Assembly (NCBI GenBank): GCA_963754985.1
Contig: CAVWIJ010000001.1
Coordinates: 97,035 to 161,034, forward strand
Direction: 5' to 3'
Length of the DNA: 64,000 nt
Source of the DNA: an uncultured Holophagae bacterium
Lineage (GTDB): Bacteria > Acidobacteriota > Thermoanaerobaculia > Thermoanaerobaculales > Sulfomarinibacteraceae
The position numbers and the translations under genes were made by a program. Shown in pieces: positions 38,312 to 49,093 of this stretch. How positions within the stretch are numbered: the first letter of the stretch is position 1; the number at the start of each line of letters is the position of its first letter. The notes beneath the pieces are model-generated. The model did not search any database. It was not told the DNA's origin and saw nothing but the letters and a program-made list of their open reading frames with translations.

Positions 38312-40954
38312 GTGCCCCTCTCCCCAGGCTCGATGCTCGGTCCGTACCGTCTCGTCGGACTGCTTGGCGCCGGCGGGATGGGTGAGGTGTACCGGGCCCG
38401 CGACGAGCGCCTCGGCCGCGACGTGGCCATCAAGGTGCTGCCGGAGGAGGTCGCCACCAACTCCGACCGGCTGGTACGCTTCGAGCGCGAAGCGCGAGCG
38501 ACGGCGGCGCTCGACCACCCGAACATCCTGGCGGTGTACGACGTCGGGCGGCACAACGGGCAGCCGTACCTGGTCACCCAGCTGCTCGAAGGCCGGACGC
38601 TGCGCCAGGCGATCGCCACCGGGCGGCTGCCGGCGAGCAAGGCCCTGGAGCTCGGCATCCAGATCGCCCAGGGCCTCGGGGCCGCTCACGACCGGGGCAT
38701 CATTCACCGCGACCTCAAGCCGTCGAACATCTTCCTGACCAGCGATGGCAGAGCCAAGATCCTCGACTTCGGCCTGGCCAGGCTGGCTCTTTCGGAGCTG
38801 ACGACAGGCACGCTCGGCGAGCGCAGCACCGCGACCGACCTCACCCTCGCCGGTGCACCCGTCGGCACGGTCGGCTACATGGCGCCGGAGCAGGTCCGGG
38901 GCCTGCCTGCCGACCACCGTTCCGACATCTTCTCGTTTGGCTGTGTGCTCTACGAGATGCTCGCCGGCCAACGCGCGTTCTCCAAGGACTCCGCGGTCGA
39001 GACGATGGGCTCGATCCTGCACGAGGACCCGCCGCCGCTCACCGCCAGCGGCCGATCGGTCCCGCCGGCGCTGGCCGCGGTCGTCCGGCGCTGCCTGGAG
39101 AAAGCGCCCGGAGGACCGCTTCCAGTCGGCGCACGACCTCGCCCTCGCTCTCGAGGCGCTTTCGTCCAGGAGCGGAGCCTCCTTGCCCCTCATCTTCGCT
39201 CCAACCCTGGCGATGGCGCCGGTGGCTTGCCATCGCAGCCGGCGCCGCTGCGGTGGTGGTCGCGGTGATCGGTCTGAGCCGGCTCGTCAATCGTGATTCG
39301 CTTCCAACCTTCGAACCGCGCCAGGTAACAGCCCGCCCCGGGCTCGAAACCGAGCCCGCGCTCTCGCCGCTCGGGACGGACATCGCCTACACCGGGCACG
39401 ACGGGGTGCGCAGCGACATCTGGGTTGTCGACGTGCGCGGCGGCCAGCCGCTGCGCCTCACGACCGACGGTGCGGGCAACCGGAGCCCGACCTGGTTCCC
39501 CGACGGCAGCGCCATCGCCTTCGTTTCCGAACGGGACGGGCGCTCGTCGGTGCGGAAGGTGCCGCGGCTCGGTGGTAGCCGCACTGCTCCTTCTTCCCGA
39601 CGCCCAGGATCCGGCCATCTCCCCCGACGGCACGACCATCGCGATGACCCGGCCCGACGCCGGAGGGTTCATGCGGATCGCCGTGGCATCGCCTGGAGCG
39701 CCACAGCAGCCGAGGGTGCTCACCGGGGACGGCGACGGGGTGTGGCACCATCAACAGCCGGCGTGGTCGCCGGATGGTAGGACGATCTGCTACCACGATC
39801 AGAACGACCTCTGGCTTGTCCCCGTGCACGGGGGCACGGCGCGGCGCCTGACCGCGGACGACTCCTCGGGATTACGATCCTGTCTGGTCGCCGTCCGGGC
39901 GGTGGGTCTACTTTGCCTCCGACCAGGCAGCAGACCCACGCGATCTGGCGAGTGGAGGTGAGCAGCGGCGAGCTCAGCCGCGTGACGATGGGAACGGGCC
40001 AGGAGTGCTGGCCCGACGCTGACCCGCTCGGGCGATCTGCTTGGCGTACTCGACGCTCGCGGAACGCATGAGCTTCGAGCTGGTGGACACCGCGACGCAG
40101 GAACGAGCGCGCTACGAGCGGGCCGGCTGATCTACGAGCCGTCGATTGCGCCGGACCGCAGCTCGGTGGTCTTCACCTCGAATGTGGAGGGCACGTTCGA
40201 CCTGTGGCGGCTGCCGCTCCAGGACAACCGGCCGGCCGGCGATCCGGTGCGGTTGACCGAGCAGGTCGGGGACTTGCTTCAGCCCCGTCGTTCTCGCCCG
40301 ACGGCCGCTGGATTGCCTTCCAGCGCGTGACCGGCGGCCAGCGCGACGTATGGATCCATGCCTGCCGCGGGGGGTACAGCCACGAACTTCACGGACCACC
40401 CCGCGGTCGGAAATCTGACCCGGAGTGGTCACCGGACGGCAGCCAGGCTGGCGTTCGTGTCGGACCGCTGCCGGTGTCGACCAGGTCTGGGTCGCACCGG
40501 TCCGGGACGGACGTACGAGTCGGGGAACCGCGACGTATCGCCGGCGTGGAAGGCGTGGTGACCTCACCGAGCTGGTCTCCTGATGGCGCTCGGATCGGAT
40601 TCGTCGAGGACAGCTGGACATCGGAGAGCGAGGTGTGGACGGCTGCCGTCGACGGCTCGAGGCCTGCGCGCAAGCTGACGCGACGGCGCGAGCGCCCGAG
40701 CCGCTGCGTGGAACCGCTCGACCGGTGACCTGCTCGTCCTCGGCACGTGGGGTACCCCGCAGCTGGGTCGATCCGAAGCCGTGACTCCGAAGGGTGGCCA
40801 AGTCGCGCGAGCTCCCGGCGGCGGCGCCGTCCGAAACCTCGGCAAACCTGCATGGGGGTTCGACGTGTCAGACGACGGACAGCTCATGGCACTGCTCGGA
40901 AAGCACGTCCAAGGAGACGTGTGGGTGCTCGAGGCGACGACAGGGGGTTTCTGA
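38312..40954 (+). pseudogene. Ser/Thr kinase-TolB-propeller paralogue (module copy 2), multiply frame-disrupted
   Basis: The kinase domain is intact from GTG 38312 (RBS GGAGGGAG): GAGGMGEVYRARD, HRDLKPSNIFL, DFGLA, GTVGYMAPE. After CLEKAP the frame changes (EDRFQSAHDLALALEAL lies in +1), and the TM plus PD40 blades are scattered over all three frames (39253.., 39425.., 40204.. and others). The end FDVSDDGQLMALLGKHVQGDVWVLEATTGGF (stop 40952-40954) parallels the copy 1 end. Confidence 0.8.
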
Positions 40955-41016
40955 GTCGTTCGAATGTGCCGTGTCACCCAAAGCTCGCATCAAGATCCGA
41001 TGAAAGGAGTCGCGCC

Positions 41017-41297
41017 ATGAGCGACACACCGACGTTCCGAGACCGTGCGTGAAGTCATCAGTCAGCATCGAGCAGAACTGGCCGGATGCTGCATCGTGGC
41101 CCGAGCTTCGCGATCTCGAGCAGCTCATGCCCGTCGATCCATCAGTGTGGATTCTCCCTGAGACACGGCTCGCTGGGGCCTGTGGCATCGCTGCGGAGAC
41201 CGGTACGGACGCCGGTCGGTCGACGTTGCGACACATACCCGTTTCCCGGCCGTCTTCGGCACCATGCCAAGAGCTTGAGCGCTGGGTGATGGGCTAG
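41017..41297 (+). pseudogene. possible frame-disrupted counterpart of the 72-aa protein (module copy 2)
   Basis: RBS GAAAGGAG lies 7 nt before ATG 41017. Reading with +1 shifts near 41047 and 41085 gives MSDTPTFRDRA|REVISQHRAEL|PDAASWPELRDLEQL...SSAPCQELERWVMG. The segments ISQHRAELPDAASWPELRDLEQ and ITEERKALDAVFRVLRDEEPQ align by eye, and both proteins end EL..RWxx(x). Confidence 0.3.
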
Positions 41298-41447
41298 AGC
41301 CGAACGTGTGCCCCGCGTTTGCCGACCTGCGACTCGTGATCGTCGCGAGCGCACTCGCGACGGGACGGCGGGCGCCACTCGATGGAATGGACGTGGGCTG
41401 CCGCGACACGATGCTGCGAGTCGGTGACCGAGGTGTAGAACGTCGAC

Positions 41448-42682
41448 ATGCTCCGCGCGGTGACGCTCCTCCTCTCCGACCGCTGCAACCTGCAGCTGCA
41501 GCTACTGCTACCAGAGCGGGCGAACCGGCCCGGTCCGCATGTCATGGCCAACGGCGCGGGCGGCCTCGACCTGCTCCTGGCCGGCGCGCAGACGACCGTG
41601 TGCGGTGGAGCTCAGCGGCGGGGAACCGACTCTCGAGCCGGCACTCCTGCGGAGGTGCGTCGCATACATGAAGTCGGCGGCACCGCCCGGCGTCGTAGTG
41701 GACTGCTCGCTGACCACCAACGGCACTCTCGTGGACGACGACTCTGCTCGTCCTTCCTTGTCGATCACGACGTCCGGCGATCGATCTGCAGCTTCGACGG
41801 CGTGCCCGCCGCTCAGGACCTGCGGGGCCACGAGCACGTTTCCGACGCTCGACCGGCTTCTGCAAAGGGCGCGCCGGCAGTACGCGGGGTACTTCAGTCC
41901 GCCGCGTGACCGCGCGCATGGTCGTGCAGCGGCGAACCGATGCCCCACCTCGGCGGCGTCGGTGCACCATTTCATGACGTGCGGGGTGAGCCGGATCGCG
42001 ATCGGACCGTGTCATGGCACACGGACTCCGGCTGGAAACCGAGGGACGAGGAGATCCTGCGCGGCCAGGTAGACGAAATCGTGGCGGACAGCCTGGCCCA
42101 CCTGGAGACGGCCGGGACGGTTCCGGTGGCTTTCTGACGCGGTGCCGACCGTGAGCCGCGAGCGCGAGGCAAGGGCCCGCGCTGCGCCGCCGTCTCCGGC
42201 CGCGGTGCCTGCGTGGATACGCGCAGGCGGAGTGTGGGGCTGTCCACTGTTCGCGCGATCGCTGCGACGACTGCCGCCGCTGGCGGAAGCCGCCGCCGAC
42301 CTCGTCTCTCTCGGCAGCATCCACGACCCCGCGCTGGCGGCGCGTCTCGCCGGGCTCCCAGAACGCGCGCGACACCATCCGCTGTTCTCGACGGAATCCG
42401 GCGCGCTGCGGGGCGAGACGCTGTCGCGACTGCGAGTACGCGGCCGACTGCTGGATCTGTCCGGCAGCGATCTGCGAAAGCGACCAAAGCCTTGATCCAC
42501 ACGAGGTCCCCGCGTTTCACTGCGCCTTCAGCCGCGTCACGCTGGAGGCGAGGCGACGCTTCCGCGACATGCGGGCGCAGGCCGGCGCCCGGAAATGTCC
42601 GGCCGAGCTCGCAGAGGCGCTGCGGGAGGTGGCGGCGGCCCTGCGATCGGCTGAACCCGGAGCGCCGACGCCGCGGAGCTGA
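41448..42682 (+). pseudogene. radical SAM/SPASM paralogue (module copy 2), multiply frame-disrupted
   Basis: MLRAVTLLLSDRCNL, then the CxxxCxxC motif is broken by a frame change. ELSGGEPTLEPALLRRC, SLTTNGTLV, FDGVPAAQDLRG, GVWGCPLFA and CEYAADCWICPAAIC...FHCAFSRVTLEARRRF are found in different frames. The stop is at 42680-42682. Confidence 0.75.
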
Positions 42683-42781
42683 CGGAGCGGCCGACACCAC
42701 CCGCAACTGAACGGCCTCGACCTCGTACTGTCTGGGGTGGCTGCCAACGTGGTCCATCAGAATCTCAGCTAGGGGGCGTCC

Positions 42782-44191
42782 ATGCAACGACTCGCCAGTC
42801 TCGTCCTCGGTGTGTCTCTCGCGTTCGTTCCAGTTCTCGCCGCCGCTGCCGATGAGGAGCTCCCGTTCGAGGTCCAGCGGCTGAGCGACCGGGTGCTCGT
42901 GCTCAAGGAGCTTTCGCCGTGGGAGAGCAACCACGTCGTGATCGTCAGCGCCGCCGGCCTGGTTCTGGTCGACCCCGGCCACACGGCCGTCATGGGGCGG
43001 CTGATCCGCGAGGCGGTCGGCCCGCGAGCTCGGCCGCGACCGCTTCGCCTACGTCATCGACACCCACGAGCACTGGGGCCACACCTGGGGCAACGCCGCC
43101 TTTCCGGAAGCGCTGGTGGTCGGACACGAGAACGCGCGCCGAGCGATGGACGCCGACGCTGCCAACCGCCGAGCGGCGGGCCGCGTACATGCGCGGTCAG
43201 GCCGACCTGGCGGCGGCCCGCCTCGCCGAGCTCGACCCGGCCGGCGATGAGGCCCGCGCCGCGCGCCAGGAGCGGGACCACTTCGACCGCATCGTGCGCG
43301 GGCTCGAAGAGGCCGGGTTCGCCGTGCGGACGCCAGACCTGACCTTCTCGGACCGCCTCCGCCTCGACCTCGGCGACCTCAGCCTCGAGATGTCCTATCT
43401 GGGCCGCGGTCACTCCGACTCGGACATCACGATCCTCATCCCCGAGGAGAAGGTCCTGCTGGTCGGCTGCTTCTTCGTGGAGCAGGGGCTGCTGCCCGTC
43501 TTCGGCACCCAGCCGGTGCTCGACCCGGACCGCTGGCTCGCAACCTTCGGCGCGGCTCTCGACCGCGAGCCGGCCATCGAGCACGTGATCCTCGGTCAGT
43601 ACACGGTGTGGCCGCGGGAGCGGCTCGCGGAGATGCGCGACTACATCGCCTGGCTGTGGCCGGCGGTCCAGAAGCTCGACGCCGAGGGAGTCGACCTCGA
43701 GACGGCCATGGCGCGACTGCCGCTGCTCGGACGCAGCTCGCCGGGCTTCGCCAGGCCGGGGTCAGCGACGATGAGCTCGCCCGCTTCCACCGCACCGAGG
43801 TGACGGCGCTGTGGCGGCAGGTGAAGGAGTCGGCCGCGGCCGAGGTCGGGCGCGCCGTCGACGAGGGCGGCGCCGCGGCCGGGGTCGCCCGCTACCGCGA
43901 GCTGGTCGCCGCCAACGACCCCGACCTGTTCTTCGACGAGAACGAGTTCAACCTGCTCGGCTACCGGCTGCTCGGCCAGAGCAAGGTCGACGACGCGATC
44001 GCGGTGTTCGAGCTCAACGTCGAGCGCTACCCCGACTCCTGGAACGTCTACGACAGCCTGGGCGAGGCGCACGCGACTGAAGGGAAACAGGGAGCGGGCG
44101 ATCGAGCTCTACCGGCGCTCCGCTCGAGCTCAACCCCGACAACACCAACGCGACGCAGGCCCTCGAGCGCCTGACCGCCTCGACCCTCTGA
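42782..44191 (+). pseudogene. MBL-fold hydrolase with TPR tail, paralogue of 14362..15594, multiply frame-disrupted
   Basis: Signal peptide MQRLASLVLGVSLAFVPVLAAAA. YVIDTHEHWGHTWGN (HxHxxH) sits in a second frame, LGRGHSDSDITILIPEEKVLLVGC in a third, and the TPR-like tail (NLLGYRLLGQSKVDDAIAVFELNVERYPDSWNVYDSLGEAH...ELNPDNTNATQALERL) in two more. Confidence 0.75.
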
Positions 44192-44294
44192 CCGCTCAGA
44201 CCGACCGCCGCTCGCGGAACGTGTGGCGAGCGGCCGCGTCCCGGTGGCGTGCTAGCGTGGAGCCGGGCGATCCCCTTCGCCCAGGGAGGCGAGC

Positions 44295-45087
44295 ATGCGG
44301 GTGACCATGAACGGCTACGCGCTGGCGGTGGAGGACGGCGGGCGGGGAACTCCGGTGCTGCTGCTGCACGGCTTCCCGATGTCGTCGGCGATCTTCGCGC
44401 CGATCCGCCCGTTCGTGGAGCGGTCGGGCCGCGCTGATCACCATGGACCTGCGCGGCTTCGGAGCCTCCGACGCCCCGCAGGGACTCTATGGCATGGACG
44501 AGCTCGCGGAGGACGTCGTGCGCGTGGCCGACCATCTCGGTCTCGAGCGCTTCGTGCTCGGCGGCCACTCGATGGGCGGCTACGTGGCGTTCCGGGTCGC
44601 GGCGCGCCACCGCCACCGCCTGTCCGGCCTGGTCCTCATCGACACCCGCGCCGCGGCCGACACGCCCGAGGGCGTCGAACGGCGGCGTGCGACCATCGCG
44701 ACCATCAAGGGGGGCGGGCGCAACGTCTTCCTGGACGGATTCCTGCCGTTGCTGGTAGGGCCCGTGACCAGGGACCGAAAGCCGGAGGTCATGGAGCAGC
44801 TGCGCGCGATCGCCGCCGGGATCCCGGACCACGTCCTGACCGGCTGCCTCGAAGGCATGATGACGCGTCCGGACAGCCGCGATCTGCTCGCGGGCTTGGA
44901 TCTTCCCACCCTGGTGATCGTGGGCGCTCAGGACCCGGTCACGCCGCCCGATGAGGCCCGGGCCGTCGCCCTCGCCCTGCCGCGGGGCGAGCTCATCGAG
45001 GTACCGGACGCCGGCCACACGCCGACGCTCGAGCAGCCTCGGATCGTCGGCGAGGCCATCGCACGGTTCCTGGCCGAGCAGCTCTGA
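44295..45087 (+). CDS. alpha/beta hydrolase, one apparent frame disruption near 44425
   Basis: MRVTMNGYALAVEDGGRGTPVLLLHGFPMSS, then a +1 shift to ALITMDLRGFGASD...LGGHSMGGYVAF (GxSxG)...VGAQDPVTP...DAGHTP. The gene is split in the track as 44295..44954 and 44443..45087. Confidence 0.85.
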
Positions 45088-45105
45088 ACGGCGGCTCCGC
45101 GTCCC

Positions 45106-46785
45106 TCAGACACCCGGCTGGCAGAAGCAGGAGGAGCGCAGCGTAGTGTCCGCGCCCGCCCAGGCCTCCGCGAACCGGGCCTCGAACTGCTCCGCCTCGG
45201 CGTCCTTGCCCTGCAGCCGCAGCGCCCGTCCGAGCCCGTACAGCGACCAGCCGTTGCCGGGCAACCGCGCGAGGTCCTCGCGGTAGACCGACTCCGCGTC
45301 GGCATAGCGGCGCTCCATGAGCAGGGTGGCGCCGAGGGCGTGGCGGATCGGCTGGATCCAGTCGGGCGGCTCGTCGTAGCGAAGCTCGTCCTCGCGCGCG
45401 GCCGCCTCGTACAGGGCCTCGATCCCCTCGGCCTTCTTGCCCTCTCGATAGAGGATCTCGCCCTCGACGAGCCGGTCGGCGACGTCGAGGAGGTCGTGGG
45501 CGCGGTTGTTGCCGAAGGTCGCGTCCTCGGCAACCGCGGCCCTCGCCGCGAGAAACGCCCGCTGCTCGGCGCGGGCCTCCTCGGGACGGCCGAGAGCCGC
45601 GAGCGCGACCGCGCGCGCGGCGAAGTGCAGCGACCGCGTGAGCGGGATGTAGGCGGGCGGCTCCGGCTCGTCGAGAATCTCCTGCCACCGCCCGAAGCGC
45701 ATCAGCACCTCGTACGGCATCGCGACGAAGCCGTCGGCCCAGCTCGCGTTCGCCTGCAGCCAGTCCACCGGGATGTCGGCGACCAGTTCGCGGATCGACG
45801 TCAGGGCGACCTCGCTGCGGCCGATCATCATCGCGGCGTACGCCTTCATGTGGTGGTTGTGGGACATGTAGAGGCGGTAGAAGTCCGGCGGCGCAGGCGC
45901 CACCTCGCGGTAGGCGCGATCGGCCTCGATGGCCTTGGTGTTGGCGACGATCGCCTCCTCCCAGCGGCCGCGGCGGACGTCGATATGCGACGGCATGTGG
46001 ACCATGTGGCCGAGACCAGGCATCAGGTCGCGGAGGGCGTCGGCGGCCCGGTCCGCGCGGCCCGGGTCGCTCGAGGCCTCGACGGCGTGGATGTAGAGGT
46101 GCAGGGCGAGCGGGTGCTCGGGATGGCGCCCGAGCACCTCCTCGAGAACCTGGACAACTGCCGGCGTCCACTCCTTCGGCTCGCCGGCGTGGGTCCAGAG
46201 GTCCCACGGGTGGAGGTCAAGCAGGGCCTCGGCGTAGAGGGCGCCGACATCGCCGTCGTCGGGGAAGCGCCGGTAGGCATCGGCCATCGCGTCGGCGAAG
46301 GCCTGATCGAGCGGGGCGCGATCCGCGGGCTGGGGTGACGCGTACCGCGTCGCCACGGCCTCGATCAGGGCACGGTTCGGGCCGTCGTCGAGCGGCGCCG
46401 CGAGGCGCACGGCCTCGCTCGCGGCGGCAAAGGCCGCGGCCTCCCGCTCCGGCGGCACCGCCGGGTTGTTGATGTGCGGACCGTTGGCGTACGCGATCCC
46501 CCACTGTGCCATGGCGCAGCCCGGATCGACCTCGGCGGCGCGCTGGAACGAGCGGATGGCCTCGTCGTGGTTGAAGGCGTAGAGGAACGCCAGCCCCTGA
46601 TCGAAGTACTGCTGAGCCTCGGCGGACGAGGTCTCCACGGCGCGCCGGTGCGTCCCGAGGCCGTCGAACACCGGCTCCACTGAGGTCGCGGGTCCAGTCG
46701 CGGCGCCGCCGCATGCGCCGAGGATTCCGATCACCGAAACGAGACAGCACGTCCGGCCGAGCCGCCTCATGGTCTGCGTCCTCAT
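45106..46785 (-). CDS. TPR-repeat lipoprotein
   Basis: MRTQTMRRLGRTCCLVSVIGILGACGG has a lipobox (RBS GAGGAGG). TPR-like repeats run throughout (AQQYFDQGLAFLYAFNHDEAIRSFQRAAEVDP...). Confidence 0.85.
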   Translation of the reverse strand: MRTQTMRRLGRTCCLVSVIGILGACGGAATGPATSVEPVFDGLGTHRRAVETSSAEAQQYFDQGLAFLYAFNHDEAIRSFQRAAEVDPGCAMAQWGIAYANGPHINNPAVPPEREAAAFAAASEAVRLAAPLDDGPNRALIEAVATRYASPQPADRAPLDQAFADAMADAYRRFPDDGDVGALYAEALLDLHPWDLWTHAGEPKEWTPAVVQVLEEVLGRHPEHPLALHLYIHAVEASSDPGRADRAADALRDLMPGLGHMVHMPSHIDVRRGRWEEAIVANTKAIEADRAYREVAPAPPDFYRLYMSHNHHMKAYAAMMIGRSEVALTSIRELVADIPVDWLQANASWADGFVAMPYEVLMRFGRWQEILDEPEPPAYIPLTRSLHFAARAVALAALGRPEEARAEQRAFLAARAAVAEDATFGNNRAHDLLDVADRLVEGEILYREGKKAEGIEALYEAAAREDELRYDEPPDWIQPIRHALGATLLMERRYADAESVYREDLARLPGNGWSLYGLGRALRLQGKDAEAEQFEARFAEAWAGADTTLRSSCFCQPGV

Positions 46786-46996
46786 GCGCTACCTCCTCTC
46801 GGCTGGCGACGCCACAGCTCATCGGACGGTGCACAAGATCGGCAGTGGCCGTCCGCCGTTTCACCGTCTCGGGCGCCGCACACCGGCGGTTTTCCCCATC
46901 CAAGCCGAGTGGTCAGGGCTTCTATTCCGGACAGGGGGCTCCCCCTCAAGGAGAATCCGGTGGATTCGAGGGGCGTGTCGCGACGCGCGAAGCCGG

Positions 46997-47932
46997 TCAG
47001 CTGTCGGCCGGATCCGCGACCACCATCTCAGCCGCGCCAGGCTGCATCAGGCCACCGAGCAGCGGCCCGAGCAGGCCCTGCAGCGCCTGGTCGAGCTCCG
47101 CGGCCGACTCGACCGTCGCAAGCTGGGTCAGCATGGCATCGGCCATTCCGATCACGACCATCGCCTGCGCCGACCCCTGCGCGAGCTCCTCGTCGGTGAT
47201 GGTTGCGAGCTTCTCCTTCGCCGCGGCGACCTTCACGTCCCAGTCCACGGCCATCTCGCTCGGCACCCAGCGGCCCTCGACTCGGGTCAGCTGGAGCTCC
47301 TCGGGCTCCTCGTCCGGCGCGGTCATGCGAACGGTGGCCTGATTGCCGTCGCGGGAGACGAGCTCGATCTTGGTCTGCCGGAGCTTGCCGGCAAACTCGC
47401 GGTCGAAGGCGTCATCACCGCGGGCCTTGGACACCTCGGCGGCCTGGTTCATGAGCTCGCGACCGGTCGATGAAAGGTAGCGCTCCCAGTCGATGGTCTT
47501 CAGCGTCTCGAGACGCGTCACGTCGCTCGAAAAGAAGCTATCGAGCACACTGACCACCGAGTCCCAGCCGCTCTCGATCCGCCGGCGATCGTCACCCGCC
47601 GCCTGCAGCATCGAGCTGGACAGGAAAAGCGCCTTCTTGTCGCGCAGGATCCCGACCGTCTTGCGGCCGAGGCCGAAGGCCGCGTTCCAGACCGCCGGAT
47701 CCATCCGCCCGGCGAAGGTGTGGGTCAGCTCGGTGATGTCCTTCTGGTAGGTGGGCGGCAGGGCCTGCCAGAGCACCTCGGGATGGCGGTCGGCGAGCGC
47801 CGCGCTGACCGCCCGGACGGTGCCGTCCGGTGTGTCGGGGATCTCGATCGACAGCGCCGGCGCGGCGACTGCCACAACGAGGGCAGCGAGGATGTGGCAG
47901 AGCAGATTCTTCGGATACGGAGTGTGATGCAC
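46997..47932 (-). CDS. secreted protein of unknown function
   Basis: GTG 47932 has RBS AAGGGG 6 nt upstream. VHHTPYPKNLLCHILAALVVAVAAPALS is a signal peptide. The 311-aa ORF has coding-like composition and no motif I can name. Confidence 0.65.
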   Translation of the reverse strand: MHHTPYPKNLLCHILAALVVAVAAPALSIEIPDTPDGTVRAVSAALADRHPEVLWQALPPTYQKDITELTHTFAGRMDPAVWNAAFGLGRKTVGILRDKKALFLSSSMLQAAGDDRRRIESGWDSVVSVLDSFFSSDVTRLETLKTIDWERYLSSTGRELMNQAAEVSKARGDDAFDREFAGKLRQTKIELVSRDGNQATVRMTAPDEEPEELQLTRVEGRWVPSEMAVDWDVKVAAAKEKLATITDEELAQGSAQAMVVIGMADAMLTQLATVESAAELDQALQGLLGPLLGGLMQPGAAEMVVADPADS

Positions 47933-48121
47933 GGCAACCCCTTTTGCGACGTCGTCGCGAACATTCTCGCACACGCGAGTCCGACCGCGCAAAAACCCGC
48001 GGGTACGACGCCGCGGGTGGGAAGTTCCAGGCAGGCAGGATGGAGGCAGGATGCCTACCCCACAACCCCCCGAACAAGCACGCCTCGCGGTGGGCCGGAG
48101 CAGAGTGACTCGACGGGAGGT

Positions 48122-49093
48122 TCACGGCCCGATGAGGGCCAGCAGCCCGGCCAGACCGAGGACGCCGAGCAACGCGGCGAGGACTGCGAGCACGACGCGG
48201 GCCACCGAGATCGGCGCGTCGCCGACCAGGCACGCGGCATCCTGACCGGACAGCACACACCGGTGGAGGACGCCGCGGTAGCGGTAGGCAATGACCCAGG
48301 CCGGGAAGCCGAGGCGCCGCGTGACCAGCCGCCGCGCCAGCACCGAGGTGTGGACGTTGCGGAAGCGGCGGCCGGGGATGATTCCGTCCTGCAGGCGCTT
48401 GGCCACCAATCGCTCGAGCTCGGACCGGACGTGCCGCCGCGCCGCGGCCCGCCGCAGCTCGAACTGCTCGACCACGACCTCGGGATCATCGCCTGGCTCC
48501 CGTTCGCGGGCGCTGCGGAGGTCGTAGCTCGGCAGCAGGCGGGAGGTCTCGCGAGCCGTCAGCCCACGCGACGCGGAGACCACAATGCCGTCGAGCTCGA
48601 GCTCGGTTTGGCCCGCGTGCGGAGCCCAGTCAGCGCGCGAGGCCCCGGCGTCGGAGTCGGCCGTCCAACTCACCAGGGTGTCGACGTCGAACGCCCACCC
48701 CACCCACCACAGGGCGCGCAATGACTCGAGCCGACTCGCCGATCGCAGGTCGGCCGGACGGAACCAGCCGAGGCTGCCCTGCCACTGCCGGAAGCTCTCC
48801 TCGGCGCGCGATCGATCAACGGTGAACGGCAGGACCAGTCCGGCCTGCTCCAGCGGGTCCTCGGGAAGCTCGAGGTGGACGATCGAGCCGCAGAACGCGC
48901 ACTGGGGAGCGCGCGCCGTGACGTTGTACGAGACAGCAGCGCCGCAGCCCTCGCAGCGCAGCACCTCGACCGTCGCCTCGGCTCGGTCGTCCTGGACCGT
49001 CGCCGGAGCAGCGGCGCCACAGACGGCGCAGCGCAGGTCGCCGTCCTCGAACGGGCTCGTGCAGCGCCGGCAGGAGACGGCCTCGGAGGTCAC
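48122..49093 (-). CDS. double zinc-ribbon, C-terminally membrane-anchored protein (paralogue B)
   Basis: The GTG start overlaps the upstream stop (GTGA at 49093-49090). CRRCTSPFEDGDLRCAVC and CEGCGAAVSYNVTARAPQCAFC are two CxxC...CxxC ribbons. PAWVIAYRYRGVLHRCVLSGQDA precedes the C-terminal TM helix VVLAVLAALLGVLGLAGLLALI. Confidence 0.75.
   Translation of the reverse strand: MTSEAVSCRRCTSPFEDGDLRCAVCGAAAPATVQDDRAEATVEVLRCEGCGAAVSYNVTARAPQCAFCGSIVHLELPEDPLEQAGLVLPFTVDRSRAEESFRQWQGSLGWFRPADLRSASRLESLRALWWVGWAFDVDTLVSWTADSDAGASRADWAPHAGQTELELDGIVVSASRGLTARETSRLLPSYDLRSAREREPGDDPEVVVEQFELRRAAARRHVRSELERLVAKRLQDGIIPGRRFRNVHTSVLARRLVTRRLGFPAWVIAYRYRGVLHRCVLSGQDAACLVGDAPISVARVVLAVLAALLGVLGLAGLLALIGP

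Noticed and set aside
37520-39193. 557-aa minus-strand ORF
   Set aside because: Only the last 201 codons (37520-38125, from MKLYDS) form a GST. The upstream part is antisense to kinase copy 2, which has Hanks motifs on the plus strand.
31692-44191. Classical genomic island or prophage interpretation of the fragment patch plus the duplicated block
   Set aside because: No integrase, transposase, phage structural gene, flanking tRNA or direct repeats were found by eye. Only the weaker statement of a rearranged or accessory region is retained.
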